55,750 nucleotides of DNA from Candidatus Micrarchaeota archaeon. Its GTDB lineage: Archaea; Micrarchaeota; Micrarchaeia; Micrarchaeales; CABMGC01. Shown here piece after piece: positions 47,934-55,750 of this stretch. A program made the translations under genes and the position numbers. The stretch covers positions 1 through 55,750 of the forward strand of contig DAHUYR010000021.1 in assembly GCA_027315135.1 (NCBI GenBank). The letters run 5' to 3'. The number at the start of each line of letters is the position of its first letter. Positions within the stretch are counted from its first letter, which is position 1. The notes beneath the pieces were generated by a model. It searched no databases and was not told where the DNA came from. It saw nothing but the letters and a program-made list of their open reading frames with translations.

Positions 47934-48449
47934 ATGCAAAAGTTGCTCTCCACAAAGCACTTTTCAGTAAAGGAGATGTTGTACAGGGTAAAGGGCATAC
48001 GCAGGAAGTACGAGATAATCACCAAAAGCGATACTGTGCTTATAATACCTGTACTTGATGACGGCAGAATACTGATGGAAAAGCAGTGGAGATATCCTGT
48101 TGGCAAGTACATATACGAGCTGCCTGCTGGAACGGTGGACAAGAAGGAGCTGCCAAGGCAAACGGCTATCAGGGAACTCGAAGAAGAAACGGGATACAGG
48201 GCAAAGAGTGTCAGATTCATCTTCAAAGGATATCCAGCTCCTGGGCTGATGGACGAGATGATGTACTTCTATCTCGCAACAGGGTTGAGCAAAGGAAAGA
48301 CTAACATGGACAAGGATGAGGTAATAAGCCTAAAGCCCATAACTGCCAAAAAAGCAATCAGCATGATAAGGAAAGGAGAGATATTCGATACAAAGACAAT
48401 AGCAGCACTTCTATACTATTCAAGCTTCCTGAACACGCGCCTCCTGTAG
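47934..48449 (+). CDS. NUDIX hydrolase (ADP-ribose pyrophosphatase-like)
   Basis: QWRYP...ELPAG......TAIRELEEETGY; D.KT. Confidence 0.9.
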   Translation: MQKLLSTKHFSVKEMLYRVKGIRRKYEIITKSDTVLIIPVLDDGRILMEKQWRYPVGKYIYELPAGTVDKKELPRQTAIRELEEETGYRAKSVRFIFKGYPAPGLMDEMMYFYLATGLSKGKTNMDKDEVISLKPITAKKAISMIRKGEIFDTKTIAALLYYSSFLNTRLL

Positions 48450-49096
48450 CTGTCATACCTCTTAAGCTCTCTCCTAAGGCTCCTGTATTCCGGGCATAAG
48501 CGGCACACCTCCTTCCAGAATGCAGCTGAGTGGTTAAGTTCGATAGTATGGGCAAGCTCATGCGCCGCAACATACTCTGCAAGCTTCACAGGCACCATGC
48601 ACATGTATCTGTTGAACCTAAGCTCTTTCCTCGATGAGCAGCTGCCCCATCTGCTGCCTCTGCACATTTTAATACCATTGAATGCTATGCCCTTCTCATT
48701 CGCAATGGAGTTTGCAATGCCTGACATGAGCAGCATGCTTCTCTCTGCAAGCCATCTGTCGGCAAGCCTCTCGGCAGAGTCCTCATCCTTTGCATGGAAT
48801 ATTATTACATCCTTGTTCATCTCGACAGAGCGCATTGCAGATCTGTCTAGCAAGGCAATCAACCTGCCTCCGCCAAACATCATGGAATTAGTATCGAACA
48901 ACCTTGCAGACTCCTTTATGCTCCTATAGTGCTTTTCTATCCAGTTTCTATTCTCACTTATTATCTGCTCCGCCTTTCTGGAATTCTTTGCAGTTACAAC
49001 AAGCACATCACCGCTGAATCTAAGATATGCGTTCTTTATCCTTGGCTTCTCCATGTACCTGAGCTCAATCTCATGCCCGTCAACCAGCACGTCCAT
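48416..49096 (-). CDS. YgjP/DUF45-family zinc metallopeptidase-like protein
   Basis: SRWGSCS, YV..HELAH...NHS..FW. Confidence 0.9.
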   Translation of the reverse strand: MDVLVDGHEIELRYMEKPRIKNAYLRFSGDVLVVTAKNSRKAEQIISENRNWIEKHYRSIKESARLFDTNSMMFGGGRLIALLDRSAMRSVEMNKDVIIFHAKDEDSAERLADRWLAERSMLLMSGIANSIANEKGIAFNGIKMCRGSRWGSCSSRKELRFNRYMCMVPVKLAEYVAAHELAHTIELNHSAAFWKEVCRLCPEYRSLRRELKRYDSYRRRVFRKLE

Positions 49097-49099
49097 TGG

Positions 49100-50845
49100 T
49101 CATTTCGCCCTTTGTATATCATATATCCTGTCGAGCAGGACACGCTCCTCTTCACTGAGAAGCTCCGGTTTTTTGTATCTGAGTACGCTTATGCTTTCGT
49201 CATTCATAAAGGTGTAAAGTACGTCGTTGTCCTTTATCTGCCTCCCGAATGTAATGTCATCTATCGAGATCGCAACGCTCTCTCCCTTCACAACCTGCGC
49301 CTTGTTTATCCCATTGTCCTGCGCCTCTCTTACCCTGCCTACGATATCACCGTTATCCTTCATCAGAAGATATGATGGCTTTATCCTGCCTGCCATGACA
49401 TCCACGCCAAAGACAGCCGGATGCGATATCCTGAAGCATGAATTAGGCAGCACTTTCACCATGCCTGGGAAGGTCACGAAACGTTCATAACCTTCCTTCT
49501 CAAGCGCCTTTTCATTATCCACCCAGACCTTGTAATCGTCTATAAGCTTGTATATTATCTCATCATTTATGACGGTTATCCTTGCAGCTTCGCTCTCCAT
49601 CACAGCTTCCTGTTCAACACTTACGTTGAACGCAAGCACGACGGCACCCATCGGCTCAACCCCGCGCATTGCAAATGCATCAAGAACATCTCGCTTTGTG
49701 ACATTGCCTATATCCTTCTTGCCTATGTTTACGTTTATGGACTTAAGGAGCCTTGTAAGCGCCTCTAAGCTGCCTATGGTATCTGCCTTGAGTATTATGC
49801 CTGATTTGTCTACTTCAAATATCTCAGCAAGCTCCTTGGCAAGCTGGCTCTGGTAATCCAGCGAGCTGGTGGATATAATCTCTGACCCGGACAACGCATC
49901 TTCAAAGCCTGCGCCGCTTATCTTGATTCCGCATGCCGCGCTGGCCATGTCTATGTAGTAAAATTTGGACGAGCTGTCTCGCATCTCGCTAAGCGCCTTT
50001 GGTTTTAGCATGGCTCTTATCTTGCCCTGCCTTATCCCAGCAGGAGTTGCAAATGCAACAGTATCGTTCACCCTCAGCGTGCCATCATACAGTATCACAT
50101 CCAATGTCGTGCCAAGTCCGCGCTCCTCCTTCTTCTCAATTATGCTTCCCTTTCCCGGCTCACTCACATCTATCTCAAGGTTCTTTCCAAGGAACCTCTG
50201 CGCAAGTCCTGCCGTGTACATGAGCAGCTCGGCCATTCCCTCCCCTGTCTTCGCGCTAATCGGTATTATTGATATCTCTCGTGAAGCATCTCTGACTCTA
50301 TCGAAGCGTTCGCTGCTGAACCCGGTCTCGCTCAATGAGCCTATCAGCTCCCAGGTCTTTGTCTCAAGCGCTTCAATGACGCCAGGCTGCTGCTCTGCAA
50401 GCGCCTCAAGGAAGGATTGCTTGCCTGTAGTATGCCATCCTGTTATCAGATCTATCTTGTTCGCTGCTATTATGAACGGAACCTTATATCCTTTAAGTAT
50501 GTCTATGGTTTCATAGGTCTGCGGCTCAAAGTTCTTCGTGATGTCGACAACCACTATCGCAAGGTCAGATACTGCCCCTCCTCTCTTCCTAAGATTGGTG
50601 AAGGCTTCGTGTCCAGGAGTGTCTATGAAGAGCAATCCAGGTATCACTATGGTTGCATTCATCCTGCTCAGCATGCCTTTGCATATCTCCCTTATTACCT
50701 CTGCAGGAACCTCGCTTGCTCCAATGTGCTGCGTTATCCCTCCGGCTTCCTTCCCTGCCATTCTAGTGTTTCTTATCCTGTCAAGCAGCGTCGTCTTTCC
50801 ATGGTCTACATGACCCATCACTGTTATTATCGGTTGCCTTATCAT
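49100..50845 (-). CDS. infB: Translation initiation factor aIF5B
   Basis: GHVDHGKTT, EAGGITQHIGA, DTPGHEAF, NKID, KADTIGSLEAL. Confidence 0.97.
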   Translation of the reverse strand: MIRQPIITVMGHVDHGKTTLLDRIRNTRMAGKEAGGITQHIGASEVPAEVIREICKGMLSRMNATIVIPGLLFIDTPGHEAFTNLRKRGGAVSDLAIVVVDITKNFEPQTYETIDILKGYKVPFIIAANKIDLITGWHTTGKQSFLEALAEQQPGVIEALETKTWELIGSLSETGFSSERFDRVRDASREISIIPISAKTGEGMAELLMYTAGLAQRFLGKNLEIDVSEPGKGSIIEKKEERGLGTTLDVILYDGTLRVNDTVAFATPAGIRQGKIRAMLKPKALSEMRDSSSKFYYIDMASAACGIKISGAGFEDALSGSEIISTSSLDYQSQLAKELAEIFEVDKSGIILKADTIGSLEALTRLLKSINVNIGKKDIGNVTKRDVLDAFAMRGVEPMGAVVLAFNVSVEQEAVMESEAARITVINDEIIYKLIDDYKVWVDNEKALEKEGYERFVTFPGMVKVLPNSCFRISHPAVFGVDVMAGRIKPSYLLMKDNGDIVGRVREAQDNGINKAQVVKGESVAISIDDITFGRQIKDNDVLYTFMNDESISVLRYKKPELLSEEERVLLDRIYDIQRAK

Positions 50846-50938
50846 GGAAAATCACCATACCTGAACATAGTACAAGCTACTAAGTTTAAGACAAAATAAT
50901 ATAAATAACCGTGTGCAATAACCTGCTGATACTAATAC

Positions 50939-51511
50939 GTGATAAATATGGAAAGGGCACTAGTACTGATAAAACCGGACGGAGTGGAACGGGCGTTGAT
51001 AGGCAAGGTGATAGCCCAGTTTGAGGATGCAGGACTGAAGGTAACTGCGCTAAAGATGCTGAAGGCAGGAGATGAACAGGTTGCAAAGCACTATACTGAT
51101 GATGAATCATGGCTACTTTCTGTAGGAAAGAAGACTAAGCAGTCATACATGGACAAGGGCATAACAGTAAAAGAGAGCGAACGCGAGATAGGAATGAGAG
51201 TAAGATCCTTCCTTGTCAATGAACTTACAAGAAGCCCGATAGTCGCTATAGTCCTGGAAGGAAACGCATGTGCGGACGTGGCAAGGAAGATAGCAGGCGC
51301 CACGGAACCTAGGAAAGCAGACCCATATACTATACGTGGAAGATATTCAAACGATACCTACTCTCTGGCAGATAAGAAGCAGAGATCTGTGCGCAACATA
51401 GTTCATGTCTCAGAAGACGGAACAATAGCAGAGAAGGAGATTAAGGTATGGTTCACTGACAATGAGGTGTGCTCATACAAACGTTCTGATGAAGACGTCA
51501 TATATGGATAA
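50939..51511 (+). CDS. ndk: Nucleoside diphosphate kinase
   Basis: IKPDGV.R, GATEP..A...TIRG, RNIVHVSE; start may be the ATG at 50948. Confidence 0.95.
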   Translation: MINMERALVLIKPDGVERALIGKVIAQFEDAGLKVTALKMLKAGDEQVAKHYTDDESWLLSVGKKTKQSYMDKGITVKESEREIGMRVRSFLVNELTRSPIVAIVLEGNACADVARKIAGATEPRKADPYTIRGRYSNDTYSLADKKQRSVRNIVHVSEDGTIAEKEIKVWFTDNEVCSYKRSDEDVIYG

Positions 51512-51523
51512 TCAGTTATATGG

Positions 51524-51829
51524 TCAGACCTGCATGTTCAGCCTTGCCTCCTCATCTATCATTTCAGGGCTCCAGGCAGGTTCCCATACTAATTCTATGT
51601 TGACATTTCCTATGCCCTGAATCCTTTCTATTCTCAGCTGCGCATCTGCCAGTATCACGCTTGTTACCGGGCACATCGGGCTTGTCATTGTCATCTTTAT
51701 ATCAACATTGTTCGTAGCATCTATCCTTATCCAGTGGACAAGACCCAGATCTATTATGTTTATTCCTATCTCCGGATCAACGCATCCTTTAAGGGCCTTT
51801 ATGATATCAGCATTGGTTATCTGTGTCAT
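51524..51829 (-). CDS. DUF59/SufT Fe-S cluster assembly factor
   Basis: DPEIGINIIDLGLV, MTMTSPMCP, VWEPAWSP. Confidence 0.92.
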   Translation of the reverse strand: MTQITNADIIKALKGCVDPEIGINIIDLGLVHWIRIDATNNVDIKMTMTSPMCPVTSVILADAQLRIERIQGIGNVNIELVWEPAWSPEMIDEEARLNMQV

Positions 51830-51861
51830 GGTTTAACCTTGCATGGGAAAAGCTATATTCC

Positions 51862-54800
51862 TTATGCTTTGCAGGCAGTTGAGGTCAGCCAAGGGCAATT
51901 GGTGGAGCTGCAGGAGTTGCCGCCAAGATCGCTGTTACCTGAAGGCGAGACTGTCGGGCAGTATATACCATATGTGGTGCCGCTCACGCTGCTGCCTGCC
52001 AATGAGGAAGAGGTTGCGCCGAAGTTTATTCCTGTGGTGGAGTTGCTTATCTTGACGCTTGATATCGTGTCTCCTGCTGACTTGTTCAGAATAATGGCAG
52101 TATCAGTCGCATTAAATATATTGACATCTTTTATAACAGAGCTTCCCGCCCCATTGAGGACTATTCCATTCACCGAGTTTGCAATGGTTGTATTCAGGAC
52201 ATTTGTGTATGTGCCTGAAGATACAATTGCCTGTGTGAAGTTCTTAAGGAAGCAGTTCTCTATCTCTATTCTGCTTGTGTTGTAGATATTCGCAAATATC
52301 CCTCCATTCTCTGCATATATGGTGTGGCCCTCGCAGTTTATGTAAGAGCCGTCAGTAAGTGTTGTCTTGTTGCTGTTGTAAACGCTGAAGCATGTCGTCC
52401 CGTAAGTGTAAAGCATATCATGCGCTATACTATATCCATTGACTGTGTTTATGGCTGTGCAGGAAGGCCTCAGCGCGCTTGCAGGAAGCTCCACAAGCCA
52501 TACGCATCCTGTCTTCGTGAGTCCATGATTCACTCCGTTCAATTCCGCATATATTCCTGAGGATGCCGGGTTGCATGCATAATCATTCGCGTTTGAATTG
52601 GCTGTGTTGTTTGCAACAAGATTATCATTCGAGCTGTCGAACACGAATCCAATGTTCTTATTGTTTGATGCGGTGTTGTTTACGAATACGTTGCGCGTGG
52701 AATTGCCGTATAGATAGAATCCGGTAGCGTTGCTCAGAAGGCTGAATGCAAGATTATTCACCACTGAGGACTGCTTCAGCCTGTATGCCTGCAGGCCGTA
52801 AACCGAATAATTATACGCCTTAACATTCTCAAACACTGAGAGTGATATGTTGTAAAGATTCACAGCAGTGCTTGCATGCAGAAACTCAGAATTGTCCAGC
52901 GTAATCCTCGATGAGTTGTATGCCGAGAATCCATACGGGAAGTTCTCAACATTGCAATTGGCAAGGGTTATATTGGAAACAGAGCTTGCATAAAATGCGC
53001 TTGATGCGCGTGAAGATCCATCATAATTGAGCAGGTGGTTATTGCAGTTTAGATTTATGTTGCTCGCCGCAAACTTAATGCATGTGCCAGTCGGTATGAG
53101 ATTAGTGTTGAGCGAATAATTACCTGCAACGCTAAGAGTCGTGCAGCTGTTGATCGGATAAGCAGCAATTGGCGGAAGAACTCTTGTTGTGCACAGGCCT
53201 GTTGCCCAGTTGCAATCAGACGATCCGCAGGAGACATCCGAAGCGATGAAGCCGCTGCTGTTGTATGAGTTCGAGCTGCAATAAAGGTCAACTTTGTTCC
53301 TCAGGATAGTTCCGTTATGAAGCACGCCTGTTGTGCTTCCATTAGTTGCTAGGCCGTATGTATTGTTGCCGGCATCTATTCTGTTGATAGTGGCAGAGCT
53401 GTTGCCAAGGTATGCTCCATATATGTTGTTGGAATAGTGCGAATCAGTTATGTTGACAAAAGAATCGTTGCTAAGATAAATTCCATAGGTGCCTTTCGAA
53501 TAGCTTACATTGCTGAACTTCAGCTCTGCGCTTCCGTTGAAGTAATTTCCATAAGTGTCATTAGCAAAATTGCAGTTTTCTAAGCTGAAGTTGAATATTT
53601 TGTTGCCGTAGATTCCATAATATGCGTTTATTATGCTCTTCCCGTTGCAGTTAAGTCTGACATTTTGGGAGAGTACTGTGATGCAGGCAGCCTTGTTCCT
53701 TGAAACATTTACATAATATGCAAGGTTGAGGTTTGACTCAAGCTCATACGTTCCTGGGGCGTTCAGAGCTCCGCATGTTGACACCTGGCTGCTTAGATTA
53801 TATGCAGCTGGGGAGAAATCATAATTTGACTTTGTGCATGTGGCAAAGTTACACTGTCTGTTGGAATTGCATCTGGAATTCGAATATGCTCCCGAAGAGC
53901 TGAATGCAGTAATGCCTGCCCCGCAATAGAGATCTACCTGGTTACCCAAGAAGGTATCTCCATAGAACAATGTATTAGAAGAGTATGTGGCAGTGCCATA
54001 ATATACATTGAACTCTATTATGCTATTGGTTATTGAAGTACCGTTGCTTCCTGTTCCTATAAGTATGGCTCCGACAGGATTGGAAGTCCCGTATACTATG
54101 TCATTTGATACTGCCGTGTACGGGCTATTCGATATAGATATGTCGGACATTGTGGAATTTCCAACAGACGAGTTCCTTATTGCAACCTGCGAAGAATTCT
54201 CAAAATATATTCCATATGAGAACCTTGTTACATTGAAACCCTGTATGGAGACGTTTGACGCATTCTCTACTAATATCCCGTAAGTATACGGTGGAGCATC
54301 TATGAATGGGCCGTTACCTGAGAGTTGCACCTTGCTTCCGGTAAGCCTGACATTGTTGCTCTTTATGACTATGCAAGCTCCGCTCGATATATGCGTAAAT
54401 ATGCCTGACTGCACAGTGTAACTTCCAGGAGTGCTTATTACACCGCATGAACTGAGCTGGTAATTCTGCTTAATTGTAGTTGTATAAGTGGTTGTACTAT
54501 GATTCCCACTATTATTGAACAGGAAGAATGCAGCTGCTACAATGGCTATGGCTATAATTGCTGCAATAACAATCCTCATGTTTGCAGCCTTCTGTGCTCC
54601 TCTTTCTCCAAGACCTATTGCATTTGTGTAAGCATTCTCAGCAGATTCCGATACGGCTTCCCCTATGGTCGGTTTAATAATATTAGATTCATCAGGAGAG
54701 GGTGTCTCTTCAATAACGTTATCCTGTGAGGCCTCAGCTTCAGGCTCCTGTTCCTGTTCACCAGAAGGCTGTGCGCTTCCGGCTCCCTGCCCTGCAGGAC

Positions 54801-54990
54801 TAGGACTTTGTGCTGTCCCGGTACCATTCTGTGAAGATCCCTGATCTGCCTGCCCTTTATTCTGTGATGTACTCTGCCCAGTATTCTGCGATGTATTCTG
54901 TCCAGTACTCTGCCCTGTACTCGGTGGAGTATTCTGTTGAGGAGTTGAATCGCTTGAATCATCATAGCTGATAGTGTCTTCGTCAACCAT
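51862..54990 (-). CDS. Large type II membrane surface protein with four NosD-like beta-helix modules
   Basis: Low-complexity N-terminus, one TM, four C..(I/L)...G.Y-initiated modules with YGI repeats and Cys-rich ends. Confidence 0.85.
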   Translation of the reverse strand: MVDEDTISYDDSSDSTPQQNTPPSTGQSTGQNTSQNTGQSTSQNKGQADQGSSQNGTGTAQSPSPAGQGAGSAQPSGEQEQEPEAEASQDNVIEETPSPDESNIIKPTIGEAVSESAENAYTNAIGLGERGAQKAANMRIVIAAIIAIAIVAAAFFLFNNSGNHSTTTYTTTIKQNYQLSSCGVISTPGSYTVQSGIFTHISSGACIVIKSNNVRLTGSKVQLSGNGPFIDAPPYTYGILVENASNVSIQGFNVTRFSYGIYFENSSQVAIRNSSVGNSTMSDISISNSPYTAVSNDIVYGTSNPVGAILIGTGSNGTSITNSIIEFNVYYGTATYSSNTLFYGDTFLGNQVDLYCGAGITAFSSSGAYSNSRCNSNRQCNFATCTKSNYDFSPAAYNLSSQVSTCGALNAPGTYELESNLNLAYYVNVSRNKAACITVLSQNVRLNCNGKSIINAYYGIYGNKIFNFSLENCNFANDTYGNYFNGSAELKFSNVSYSKGTYGIYLSNDSFVNITDSHYSNNIYGAYLGNSSATINRIDAGNNTYGLATNGSTTGVLHNGTILRNKVDLYCSSNSYNSSGFIASDVSCGSSDCNWATGLCTTRVLPPIAAYPINSCTTLSVAGNYSLNTNLIPTGTCIKFAASNINLNCNNHLLNYDGSSRASSAFYASSVSNITLANCNVENFPYGFSAYNSSRITLDNSEFLHASTAVNLYNISLSVFENVKAYNYSVYGLQAYRLKQSSVVNNLAFSLLSNATGFYLYGNSTRNVFVNNTASNNKNIGFVFDSSNDNLVANNTANSNANDYACNPASSGIYAELNGVNHGLTKTGCVWLVELPASALRPSCTAINTVNGYSIAHDMLYTYGTTCFSVYNSNKTTLTDGSYINCEGHTIYAENGGIFANIYNTSRIEIENCFLKNFTQAIVSSGTYTNVLNTTIANSVNGIVLNGAGSSVIKDVNIFNATDTAIILNKSAGDTISSVKISNSTTGINFGATSSSLAGSSVSGTTYGIYCPTVSPSGNSDLGGNSCSSTNCPWLTSTACKA

Positions 54991-55079
54991 TAAACCAATA
55001 TATCCCTAATATCTTCAATATTTATTAATATCGCTGCCAACTGCTTATTGCAAACATGCTCTCAATGCGGAGATGTGTT

Positions 55080-55151
55080 GCCCCGGTAACTCAGTGGCAG
55101 AGTGCCAGTTTCGTAAACTGGAAGCCGAGGGTTCAAATCCCTCTCGGGGCT
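55080..55151 (+). tRNA. tRNA-Thr(CGT)
   Basis: GCCCCGG..CCAGT-TT-CGT-AA-ACTGG..GAGGGTTCAAATCCCTC-TCGGGGC-T cloverleaf. Confidence 0.95.
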
Positions 55152-55269
55152 TATTCAGGCAAAAAAGTCAGATACGAAGTCATTCAAATCCTCTAAAGAT
55201 GCTATTCCATCGCTGTTAAATCCGCCACTTCTAGAAAACATTATTAGCTGTTGCTGCAATCTTTATAGC

Positions 55270-55750
55270 ATGGCTGTAGTTGCAAAGAAGCTGAGACGCG
55301 GAGATTGTGTTGCAGTCATAGCTCCAGCTCTAAGTATGCATATGATAAGTGAGAATAACCAAAAAATTGCTATTTCGGTTCTCAGAAGATTAGGATTGGA
55401 GGTAAGGTATGGACAACACATAAAAGAAAGTGATGATTTTGTTTCGTCCTCTATAGAATCTCGAGTTGAGGACATCAATTGGGCTTTCAGCGACAGGAAA
55501 ATAAAAGGAATACTCACTGTTATAGGGGGTTTTAACTCCAATCAATTACTCAAATACCTAGACTACAAACTCATAAAAGAAAACCCAAAGATACTCTGCG
55601 GCTACTCTGACATAACTGCTCTGTCAAATGCAATTTATGCCAAAACAGGGCTTATTACTTATTCAGGGCCACATTTCTCTACTTTTGGGATGAAGCTTGG
55701 GTCCGAATTTACAGCAGAATATTTTCAGAAATGCCTAATGTCTTCAAAGC
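55270..55750 (+). CDS. S66 family LD-carboxypeptidase / MccF-like peptidase (3' truncated by window)
   Basis: MAVVAKKLRRGDCVAVIAPA...SRVEDINWAF...IGGFNSNQLL..LDY..IKENPKILCGYSDITAL. Confidence 0.9.
   Translation, partial: MAVVAKKLRRGDCVAVIAPALSMHMISENNQKIAISVLRRLGLEVRYGQHIKESDDFVSSSIESRVEDINWAFSDRKIKGILTVIGGFNSNQLLKYLDYKLIKENPKILCGYSDITALSNAIYAKTGLITYSGPHFSTFGMKLGSEFTAEYFQKCLMSSK

Noticed and set aside
50939..51511. NDK with a long internal insertion
   Set aside because: Long-form NDKs are already known in several archaeal and CPR lineages
1..55750. Many 60-230 aa ORFs in the track that lie antisense or out of frame to the called genes
   Set aside because: They are shadows of well-supported genes, with no motifs or ribosome-binding sites
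1..55750. CRISPR array, rRNA, intact transposase or reverse transcriptase
   Set aside because: No regularly spaced repeat-spacer pattern or corresponding motifs seen

Overview
Archaeal chromosomal window. Gene content, compact overlaps and GGTGA ribosome-binding sites suggest a DPANN organism, probably Ca. Micrarchaeota/ARMAN-like (inference). Most of it is housekeeping: beta-CASP RNase, uL30/uL15, tRNA-Glu, RFC-L, PheRS, SPase I, SMC, geranylgeranyl reductase, RpoK, IleRS, MtaB, GatDE, aIF5B, NDK and tRNA-Thr. An AT-richer accessory island (~4.2-20.4 kb) lies off the 3' end of tRNA-Glu, next to a decayed tyrosine integrase. The most striking part of the island is a five-gene cluster (8835-16923) that looks like an usher-less, donor-strand-type (Csu/SCPU- or WxL-like) pilus. 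It comprises a small pilin, a giant adhesin ending in the same pilin domain (70/118 aa identical), a membrane anchor whose N-terminus mimics the pilin N-terminal strand, a membrane accessory protein and a MinD-like ATPase. A perfect 46-bp inverted repeat links the two pilin-domain genes. The island also holds a kinase/HAD-methyltransferase/glycosyltransferase cassette inserted into a split small membrane-protein gene, and decayed duplicated segments. A separate six-gene operon (30624-34791) encodes a VirB4/HerA-like ATPase with small VirB2/VirB3-like membrane proteins. All assignments come from reading motifs by eye; no database searches were run.
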